From NCBI RefSeq assembly GCF_964355755.1, contig NC_092672.1:3100001-3164000 (forward strand): DNA of 64,000 nt, written 5' to 3'. The number at the start of each line of letters is the position of its first letter. The first letter of the stretch is position 1. Shown here one piece after another: positions 53,901-64,000 of this stretch. The DNA is from Antedon mediterranea (taxonomy: Eukaryota; Animalia; Echinodermata). The position numbers were made by a program, and so were the translations under genes. Below the pieces are notes generated by a model. It saw only the letters and a program-made list of their open reading frames with translations, was not told the DNA's origin and did no database searches.

Positions 53901-54099
53901 TGAGGAGTTATGAGCCATCAAATGCCACAAAAAGGTCACTGACCTTTGACCCTCAATATCTCACTAACGCAGCAACTAGAAGGCTGCAAAAATTTTTTGG
54001 TATTTATTCACACCTAAAGCTACAAGAAAATACCAAAAGACCTTTTATTAGAATTTTTTCAAGGTTACATAGGATAAATGTCACATATAGCCTGTACTA
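50973..54099. mobile_element. Long-TIR (foldback, Academ-like) element, 3.1 kb
   Basis: ~780-bp inverted arms (50973-~51750 and ~53310-54099), TAG...CTA termini, 3-bp TSD tac. Absent in copy 1 near 10745. Confidence 0.75.
52250..53295 (-). mobile_element. Frameshifted LINE reverse-transcriptase fragment (L2/CR1 group) inside the long-TIR element
   Basis: [56 protein letters not shown] and SRLDYCNAIL, spread over three ORFs. Confidence 0.88.
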
Positions 54100-57000
54100 T
54101 ACCCACCTCCTGCTCTCTACTCGTTTAAAATAAAAAACCAAAGAGCGCCTTCAACGGACAATGAGACCGTACCAGCAGTTTTTGAAAAATAATTTATTTT
54201 ATCAATTTAATTTTTATCACTATGTCGATGTCAAAATATAACCAAATTCGTTTTTTTTTCTACCCAGAATTTAAATACAATACAACAATAATTGTTTTGT
54301 AATATTGTCGGCGCAGTAACGATGCGATAATGCTGAGTCATCATGAGGACGGTGCAAAGATGCCAGTTTTAGCATAAAAACAATATAGCAAATAAAATAT
54401 GTAAAAGGTATAAAATGATGAATGCCGACTTGACAAAGAAAGAAAATGGAAGAATATGAGAATTGTTTGAAGGTTTTCATGACAAAATCAAAGAATCAGC
54501 GCACTTAAATTATTAAAATAAAAACAAATTGTGTCACGAATAAAATTAGGAACTACTGTATTTACGGCCATTGGTTTGTTATACACTATTTCTTCACTTC
54601 AATATAATAATGTAGGCTAAACAATTATAGCAATAGTAGAGTGGATATAGAACTTTGAATTTACTTTTGACTGGAAAATAAAAGACGCTAAAGAAAAATT
54701 GTGCTGTGTAAATTAGATGATACGCGCAAACACATAACGAAAGTATAAAAATGCCAAACTATATTATTTTGGGTGTTTTTCGTTGAGATAAAAAAAAAGT
54801 GGACAAAAAAAAATCGAATGAAAAACACATTGATGCGGAAACACAAATTAAGTTTATTCATTAACATTTTTATTTTTATTTCACTGGTTTTAATATTTTG
54901 CAATTTTTTTGTATGGGAGATTTGTTACGTACTTGCTACTTTTGTAATTAAAGTGTGGTCTACCAGAAACGTACCTGTGCTCCGCACGGTTTGTCTACCT
55001 TAGTAATAATTCCCATGGCATGATTATTAAGTATAATAAAAGCGTACTTTTCCCGGCCACGATATTTCTTTTCTTACATAATTTGGAGACCCCTCATGAG
55101 ACGTCATAAAATTAACATGAATATTCATTAATCATTTTTCCTAAGCTACGTTAGAAATGAGCTAACAATTCGCTAATACAAAGGTTTTCTGTCGAACTTG
55201 TCGATGTATGGGGTTCGAATCCGATGAGCAAGTTCCTTTTACTTTAGAGAGAGATAGAGGGTTAGGTTTAGTTATACTGTATTTAGGAACTTAAGTAGTT
55301 TGGCTATCTTTCACATAAGGGGCCCAAACTTCTGTACGAAATAAAAAATCGCTTCCCGGCCTCTGACAAATTGTTTTTTTTTTTTTTTAAATTGTCAACT
55401 ATACAATTCGGAACTATTTACGGCCATTGATTTTGTTATACACGGAGTATTCCTTTACTTTGAAGTATAATGTAAGCTACAAAATGAAAGCAATACTGGA
55501 TTTAGGGTGCGCCTCAGAAAGTGACAACGTGCATGAGCGGGACAGACTTCTGTCAATCAGTCAGATTAAAACATTTTAATAATGAAGAAGACATTAAGAT
55601 GTGAAGTATTGGAATAATAACAATGATTACGGACTCAACACCAAAAGTAGTCGAAATTAGATGATGCGCTCGACACAAACATTTTGGGTGTATTTTTCGT
55701 TGATATTTGATATTTAGCGGAAACACGACATTCATTTTGGATTCGTTTTGTGTGTTTGTTTTTTTTTTTCATGGTTTTTTATATTCCCCTCACCTAAACT
55801 TAAAATGCTAAACAGCTAAAAAATGAAACATAACATTCATGCTATTATAATTTGCATAGTGCAATAGACATATATAGATATATCTAGAACAAATATTGAT
55901 ATATTATAAATATTTAAGAACTGTTGATTTTTATTTACAATTTAGAATGCATAATTATATTCTAAAAAATCATGATAATTACAAAAATATAGCGTAATAT
56001 ATTATGGAGGCAGTAAAGCAACCATTTACGGGAAGAAAGATATTGGAACAGTAAATTTGAAATATCAAGATGATGCAAAACTTGCTGTACTAATGTTTAT
56101 CAAACAATATAAATAATCGATTTATCAACTCCAGATGTTTAATAAAAATATAGACAGAATTTGTTTGATTTTTGGATATTTTGTATGTATTTGTTACGGA
56201 CCAAACATTTTAATATAAAATACCTTGAAAGACATTTAAAATGTTTTATCGGGGTGTTGCATGATATATTTAACATGAATTTATAGCTATACTCTAGATT
56301 CTAATTAATACCTCTCTATGTTGCATGATGATATATGTAACGTGAATTTTGATAAACAGCAGTTATACTCTAGATTCTAATTATTATCTGTCTGTCTGGT
56401 TTTTAAAATTGATGGGAGTTTACATAAAATGGTCTAATAGAATTCTGGGAATGCCATTTTGAGATAGTTGATTCTGTATATAGTATATTATTATGTTTGG
56501 TGTTTGTATGGTCTCATAAGTTGAGATCCTATACATGTCTGTATCTATAGCAACTAAATTGTTATGAAATGCATTATCTCTATGGAAATGAACAAATGTA
56601 AAAAACCTCTTAACCGGATCACAGTGTACCACCGATATGTACATTTTTGCTCATTTAAAATGCTGTTGTTTTTACAATTCATTTTTATACATATCTACTT
56701 CTTTCTTTCTGAAATAAAGATACTTAAAAATAAGTTGTTCATATGAATGTTTATTGTCCCAATGCTTCTATCTACAGTATATAAATCACACATGATGTTT
56801 ATACATCATGTGTGGATATAACATTAAATTAAATTCATTCATAACATTATGTAGATATACTAAGTTTAAAATGTCTCTCAAATAACAATATTTTCATAGT
56901 TTAAAAATATTCAAAATTATCAATCCTGATTTTTATACATCTGTAAGTTGCAAAATAACAAAAACAATAACAAAATTTCAAATATAAAATAGCAATTTTT

Positions 57001-57254
57001 TTCGTAGTTTGAAAATGAAAATAGAAAAAATTATTAATTGAATTGATGTATTATTATTTAATGGTATACACTTAGTGGCATCTTGACATTTACAAACTTT
57101 AAATACATTGTTAAAAAGTGTTTGTCTGTGCAAGCAAATGCAGATACAGTAGATAAAATGACTAGTAAATTCGGTTAAAGTAATAATTTTAATACTTAAA
57201 ATGTAAATCAATCACAATTCTCTGTGATGCTTTTGTTCCATTCCAGTGACTGGT

Positions 57255-58005
57255 TTGTGTCTATGGTTGCGTTCAATTCTGTGTGTTCAATACTGTGGTG
57301 TCTATGGTTGCATTCAATTCTGTGTGTTCAATACTGTGGTGTCTATGGTTGCATTCAATTCTGTGTGTTCAATACTGTGGTGTCTATGGTTGCATTCAAT
57401 TCTGTGTGTTCAATACTGTGGTGTCTATGGTTGCATTCAATTCTGTGTGTTCAATACTGTGGTGTCTATGGTTGCATCAATTCTGTGTGTTCAATACTGT
57501 AGTGTCTATGGTTGCGTTCAATTCTATGTTAAATACTGTAGTGTCTATGGTTGCGTTCAATTCTATGTTAAATACTGTAGTGTCTATTGTTGTGTTCAAG
57601 TCTGTGTTCAATACTGTGGTGTCTATGGTTGTATTCAATTCTGTGTGTTCAATACTGTACTGTCTATGGTTGCGTTCAATTATGTGTTCAATAATGTAGT
57701 GTCTATTGTTGTGTTCAAGTCGGTGTTCAATACTGTAGTGTCTACGGTTGCGTTCAATTCTATGTTAAATACTGTAGTGTCTATTGTTGTGTTCAAGTCT
57801 GTGTTCAATACTGTGGTGTCTATGGTTGTATTCAATTCTGTGTGTTCAATACTGTACTGTCTATGGTTGCGTTCAATTATGTGTTCAATAATGTAGTGTC
57901 TATTGTTGTGTTCAAGTCGGTGTTCAATACTGTAGTGTCTACGGTTGTGTTCAATTCTGTGTTCAATACTGTAGTGTCTATGGTTGCGTTCAATTCTGTG
58001 TTCAA
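57255..58005. repeat. 39-41-bp minisatellite, ~19 copies, directly downstream of the MYBBP1A-like stop codon
   Basis: Unit gtgtctatggttgcattcaattctgtgtgttcaatactgtg. Confidence 0.93.
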
Positions 58006-58016
58006 GTCTGTACATT

Positions 58017-61000
58017 TCACACTTTTTCAGTTTCAGATCTTCTTTTTCTGTGTTTTGTTTTCCTCCTCTTACGTTTGCTGGATGACCTACAAAACAAAAC
58101 AATGAATAAATATTTATTTAGAATCTAATATTGCACATACAAACATAAGGTATTAACGTCATGTGTGAGGCTTAGGTTGCGCAATGATAGAAAAATACTT
58201 TAGTAATCATGAGACAATCTTACCTGTTATTTACTCCTTTGAGGGCAGCACCAATAGCCGATGAAAGTTCACCCGATCTTTTGATTTCTGTTTTGTCCTT
58301 TAATTTCTGCAACAAATTCCTAATCACATCAAATCCTTCTTTCTGTCGGTGAAAAACAAATTGTGAATATTTATTTGACACTTTGGCGCAAGCGTTTCTT
58401 TTATTACTTAAATACCGTAAGATAAATGAGAATTATTACGTCATTAAGGCTCTGTTTGAGGGCAGCAAACTCTTTCATCAACATTAAAAACTGCAGGATG
58501 AACTTTGGCCTGAATGTAGACTCCGAATCCAGTGTGTTTGCGACAACCTGTTTAATGCAAAGAACATCATAAAACCAATCAATACAAAATATCTATATTG
58601 AAAAATTGATAAACACAATTTATCGATATAAAACACATCTGATCAAAGTAAAATATTTAATTTAATTACAAACCTTTGAAATCATTGAAGATAATTGTTT
58701 ACAGATTTTCTTTGGATCCTCATTTCCCTATAAATAAATAAAATGAAATAATCAAAATTATTCATTATAATAAAATTATTCATTATATTAATGAAACCAT
58801 TCACTAATAATTATCTTTCCTACTTCAGTACAAAAACTAAAAAAAAAGTATACATACCAAATATGGACGTTTACTGATTAAGTTTGTCAACATCAAGCAA
58901 GCTTGTTTCTGAAATTTTAAAAAAAAAGATTTTAAATAAAGAAAAATCTGCTTTAGATCAAAATTAATTTTCAAAATTACAAAAAAAAAATCTTATAGAA
59001 CTGTGGTCTTACCTTACGATATATCTGAATATTTTCAGTTGTGTACTGAATAAGTTGAGGGGCCAGGTACCATCCAAGATTCTAATCAACAAATAAATAA
59101 ATTATAAACACTGTGTGTGCAACACAATAAATACATCTATTGTTTTCAGACTATAATATAGCATGCATCACTATGTCATAATATTGTAACTACCAATGCA
59201 CTTAGGGCACAAAGATTTTGGCTGTGCATTATGGTAGGATAGTACACATGACACACATAGCCCGTGATCTCCAGAGGGAGGGCTTTAGATACGAAAGTGA
59301 AACGTTCCTAGAACACCCCTGTATTATAACGGACCAGTCCGCAACCACGCCCTCATGTGGGAACGTAGCAACGTACCACCGTCATCATTATACCAGTTTA
59401 GTATAGTTGTTAAATTAGAATTTATAGGTCCATTGTTGTACAACAAAAACACATGAAAAGATGCTCTATGATTCAATAACAGCTGATTATCTTACTGGAA
59501 ATCGTTCTATAAGATCTGTAAACAGCACAGGGTGTAGACAAGTTGCTCTGAGAAAATAACAATAGTCAAAAATGTTACTAATCTTCAACAAAACAATGAA
59601 CTTTGTAATTCAAGATATCCTTTATTCAGAAAAATAAGTGAGAATTATTACTCACAACAAACAATTCATTACTAGCAATTGGTTGAGACAGGTGATTACT
59701 TGCCTGATATTTATTGTAAAATAAAACATACTCACTTTTTGCACACATTATTTTTGATTGGTCTACTTTTTTTTTCTCCTTTTTTTTCCCGATTTTTTTG
59801 TTGTTTTTAGTTTCAAGGTTAGTATATTCCTTGGTTTTCAAAAGCGCCTTGAGCACTTGGTGGATATGTGCGCTTTATAAATCTTATCTTATTTTCAATG
59901 TGCATGTTACACATAATTTCTACACACATCTTACACAAATAATTGCCTAACTCATCTTGGTGATGAGTTAAAATATAAATGTTTATATCTTACCTGTACG
60001 TCATAAAATCCAAAAGTGATTTATTGTACAAGGCTGAAATTCTTTCTTTATCTGAAGAATCATTCTGAATCAACAATTAAAAAAGATTAGTCTATACAAC
60101 AATGGATCGTGAATATTTTTACAATAGTGTTTTGTAACCCACTAAAAGCACTATTAGATTAGAGTAGAATTGCAACACAATACAGCATAAATTCTGAAAA
60201 ACATTAAGGCCAATTTACACAGACGAGCGGCAACGTTAATAAAAATATAGAATCTTTGTTATTCCTTATGACCATTTACAGGCCCGTATCCAGGGGGGGT
60301 GCGTTGGGTGCAGACGCACCCCCCCAAGTCCCAAAAGGTCCACTATTTCCTCGGTTGGTATTTTTTCTTGTCTTGTTTAACTAAAGACAATATCATTATA
60401 TATATACAAAATTTACATTATCAATGGTATACAAACAAAAATATGCTAATATAAAATGAAAAAATACCGGTAATTAAATTACGGAATCTGAACTGACTAC
60501 AAACTCGATGTAAAACATGCGCAGTCGATCATGTGACGACAAGCAATAGCTTAGCGGTTAGCGCTTCATGTACGCGGTACGCGGAAAGTGTTTGCTGGAG
60601 AAATACAGATAACTTAACGTCAGGGAACACGTGTACTTTTTGTCGGGGAATATAATATACAGTAAAACGCGTTCGCGTTCACTTCGTAGCTAGCTTCAGC
60701 GCCTAGAAAACCGCGACGTTTCATTGACCGTGAGAGTACGTCAGAGTGATATTATGCACTTTATATGCATTCATTATTGCCAGCGATCTAACTTACTACT
60801 AAACAATAGCTAGGTACGCACTTGTCTGGCGGTATCCCTTTGTACGAATCGTTCAACGTTGGGTCGAGACGCGTGATATCAAGTTTCATCCAGGGACCAA
60901 AATGTGTAATGTGTTATTTTCCAGGCGAAGTTTACCGACGGTTACGTCGTGTACTGCGTCGACGTACGCTACACTACAGCAAAAACGAATTATGTTAATT

Positions 61001-62876
61001 GTTCGTTTGTTCACCAATTTTTTAATTTACAAGTAACCTTCTGTACCGTGGGGCACCTAAAATAAATTTTTCATCCATTACTAAACAAAAAAACATGCCA
61101 TTTTCGCTTAGCCAACATTATAGCTATAGTTATTACATTTTCAATATCCTGTATGTCATGAATTTCTCACCACTCGGAAGTCCAGATGGTACGCATGCAT
61201 ACACACACCTGGGAGGAATAAACTTTTTTCCCCGACTGAAAAAGGTCTACGCTTGCGTTTTTTAAGCCTCTAGGCCTGATGTTTCCAAAGTATAAAATGC
61301 AATTTTTTGAAGACCTGCAGCTCTAGTTTTAAACATTTTCTTAGCTCAGCCCCAACAATAAAGCTGGTCATATTTCGAAGAACAAGAAGTACATTTTCCG
61401 GGACCGTACCTAACATCTCTATTTTTCAAACATTTCTTAGCTCAGTCACAACCCATGATAGGGACTTATATATTTTTTTTCATGTTTTGAAGTATAATAA
61501 GTCCAATTTTCGGGACCTCCAACTCTATTTTTCAAAATTTTCTTTGAACTTTTATTTTTTAAATTGAAAAATATGGATTGAAACCGTCATCGCGCATCGT
61601 TTTTCTGCACGCAGTATTTTATTTATGCATTATAAAAAATGGAAAAAATGGCTACCCTAAATCTGATTAAAAAGACCTCAAATGACGCTAGAACGCGTTG
61701 CTTCCGGGGGCTTTGCCCCCTGGACCCCCACCGGGGGCCCTTGGCGGCCCCTGGCCCTCAGCCTAGTGATGCTCGCTTCGCTCGCATAGCCCCCTCGTCG
61801 GGGAATGTAGCCCCCCGCGTCGGGAAGATCCTGGCGCCACCCCTGCTGAGTTGGCCTCATCATGAAAGCGTTAAGTTCTGGTGTCCATCGTTCAACTAGC
61901 CCAAGCCACAACAGAGAGTCTTACATCAGTCTTTAGAACGTCAAATAACGCAAATTTTTCCAGGGCCTTCGGCCCCTGGACCCTGACCGGGGGCCCTTGG
62001 CGGCCCCCTGGCCATTGTTGCTCGCTTCGCTCGCACCCCCCCATTATAAATGCTGCATACGGGCCTGATTTACACACAACGCAGAGCGGACAGATGGATA
62101 GATACAAATTCTATGTGGGCAAGTTACGGCATTTTCCATTTACCGTAATATAACCGCTCATCTGTATAAATTGGATAGATACAAATTCTATGTGGGCAAG
62201 TTACGGCGTTTTCCATTTACCGTAATATAACCGCTCGTCTGTATAAATTGGATAGATACAAATTCTATGTGGGCAAGTTACGGCGTTTTCCATTTACCGT
62301 AATATAACCGCTCATCTGTATAAATTGGATAGATACAAATTCTATGTGGGCAAGTTACGGCGTTTTCCATTTACCGCAATATAACCGCTCGTCTGTATAA
62401 ATTGGATAGATACAAATTCTATGTGGGCAAGTTACGGTGTTTTCCATTTACCGTAATATAACCGCTCGTCTGTATAAATTGGATAGATACAAATTCTATG
62501 TGGGCAAGTTACGGCGTTTTCCATTTACCGCAATATAACCGCTCGTCTGTATAAATTGGATAGATACAAATTCTATGTGGGCAAGTTACGGTGTTTTCCA
62601 TTTACCGTAATATAACCGCTCGTCTGTATAAATTGGATAGATACAAATTCTATGTGGGCAAGTTACGGTGTTTTCCATTTACCGTAATATAACCGCTCGT
62701 CTGTATAAATTGGCCTTTATTTAAAAGAATATACTTTACCTCAGCATTTTTCTCTTGTGTGGCATCTTTACGTTGTCTCCGAGTTTTAAGGGGCGATGGG
62801 TCAATAGATGATGTCAATATACGCACAAGAAACAGACAACCACTAGAAATCAGTGATACTATGAACACTGATGAAG
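58017..62876 (-). CDS. MYBBP1A: Myb-binding protein 1A-like, last nine coding exons: 62740-62876, 59994-60064, 59496-59547, 59013-59081, 58858-58908, 58674-58727, 58440-58547, 58224-58342, 58017-58086
   Basis: All junctions are GT-AG with matching phases. The peptide GCLFLVRIL...DKERISALYNKSLLDFMTYRATCLHPVLFTDLIERFPNLGWYLAPQLIQ...KQACLML resembles, from memory, the MYBBP1A C-terminal helical region. It ends in a basic NLS-like tail KRKRRKTKHRKRR. Confidence 0.8.
60279..62067. mobile_element. hAT-like non-autonomous element
   Basis: TIRs CAGGCCCGTAT(C/G)CAG with a 5-bp TSD attta. It shares internal sequence with 13228-14253 and the gctcgcttcgctcgc subterminal motif with 16525-16610. Confidence 0.78.
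62096..62712. repeat. 77-bp tandem repeat, 8 copies, derived from a MITE right end
   Basis: Unit ggatagatacaaattctatgtgggcaagttacggcgttttccatttaccgtaatataaccgctcgtctgtataaatt. Confidence 0.95.
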
Positions 62877-62916
62877 CTGTAAAGAATAAGTATAACAGAT
62901 ATATCATTCAAAGGGT

Positions 62917-63369
62917 TATACAGTATATCTTCATAGAGTCAACTCTACAGTATATCTTCATAGAGTCAACTAAACAGTAAATCTTCATAGAGTCAACTAT
63001 ACAGTATATCTCCATAGAGTCAACTATACAGTATATCTCCATAGAGTCAACTATACAGTATATCTTCAGAGTCAACTATACAGTATATCTTCATTGAGTC
63101 AACTCTACAGTATATCTTCATAGAGTCAACTATACAGTATATCTTCATAGAGTCAACTATACAGTATATCTTCATAGAGTCAACTATACAGTATATCTCC
63201 ATAGAGTCAACTATACAGTATATCATCATAGAGTCAACTATACAGTATATCATCAGAGTCAACTATACAGTATATCTTCATAGAGTCCTATACAGTATAT
63301 CTTCATAGAGTCAACTATACAGTATATCTTCATAGAGTCAACTATACAGTATATCTTCATTGAGTCAAC
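62917..63369. repeat. 27-bp minisatellite, ~17 copies
   Basis: Unit tatacagtatatcttcatagagtcaac. Confidence 0.95.
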
Positions 63370-64000
63370 CTGGGGCGGATCCAGAGGGGGGGTCCACGGG
63401 GTCCGGACCCCCCCTAAATTTTAAGGGTGCCCTTTTTTTAGAGGTTCAATATTTTATTCGTGTGACATATTTGTGTGTATATTAGTATGCACAGAGTAGG
63501 CTACACTAACCCCAAAAATAAAAACAGAAATTTATCACAATGAGCGCGATGTTAAGTTACGGCGGCCGATCAAAGAGCATCGTGAGAGGTGGTGACGCGT
63601 GATGATCTCTACTTAAACTTCTAAAAATAGATCGTTTCACATACTACAGAGGGCGCATGTAAACTTTTTACGATTCAACTCCGCGTACGTTACCATGCGC
63701 GCTATGTCATTGACGTGATTATTTGTCCATTGGTAAACACATTTTGATGTATTATTATTCTGAAAATAATTGAACTGTAAACATAATTCTTTTGAGTATT
63801 TGTTTATTTACATATCATTCCATCAGATCAACTATTTTTTATTTCCATTACATCCAACCAAACATGTAAAAAATGTATTTAAAATATCGTACTATCTAGC
63901 GCGTACGACCATACGCGGTAGATTGTTTACTCAAAAATCATCGAACGGTCATCCTACACTATTCAACTTTGTTCTTGTAGTTGAGCCTCTCATGACCTGG
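63370..64000. mobile_element. Left end of another hAT-like element (runs out of the window)
   Basis: Starts CTGGGGCGGATCCAGAGGGGGG, similar to the 11055/16651 termini. Confidence 0.55.

Larger units (their letters stand above)
60207..62716. mobile_element. Harbinger-like MITE (intronic) hosting a nested element and an amplified right end
   Basis: TIRs AGGCCAATTTA(C/T)ACAGACGAGCGG with a TTA TSD. Confidence 0.75.

Noticed and set aside
55190-55240. tRNA gene (GGTTCGAATCC B-box)
   Set aside because: No cloverleaf or convincing A-box could be built; at most a SINE or TE remnant.
57224-58105. Cys-rich or hydrophobic repeat ORFs
   Set aside because: Translations of the 39-41-bp minisatellite in several frames.

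Overview
This is AT-rich, intron-containing animal genomic DNA, probably from a marine invertebrate such as an echinoderm (inference). The main structure is a tandemly duplicated cassette: a + strand NLR-type immune receptor gene placed tail-to-tail with a decayed 3' fragment of the SNF2 helicase HELLS/LSH on the - strand. Copy 1 spans about 150-16785 and its 5' exons lie before the window; copy 2 spans about 35773-54474. The complete copy reads: tandem death-effector-domain (DED-DED) exon, four 63-nt phase-1 linker micro-exons plus one 85-nt frameshifting relative, then one large NACHT plus short-LRR exon. The two receptor copies are near-identical in the NACHT core but differ at about 24 of the last ~120 residues, almost all by non-synonymous changes. 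Both copies carry a CpG/ETS-type motif with an ATG-AAG|GT splice donor pointing antisense into the receptor. Between and within the cassettes lie nested non-autonomous DNA transposons with verifiable target-site duplications (hAT-, MULE-, Harbinger-, Ginger- and Academ-like), two decayed LINE ORF2s, a 4.2-kb local segmental duplication and many 27-176-bp tandem expansions, including a ~5.9-kb 46-bp satellite that arose inside a LINE. The right end holds the last nine coding exons of a MYBBP1A-like gene on the - strand. All alignments and counts were made by eye; no searches were run.
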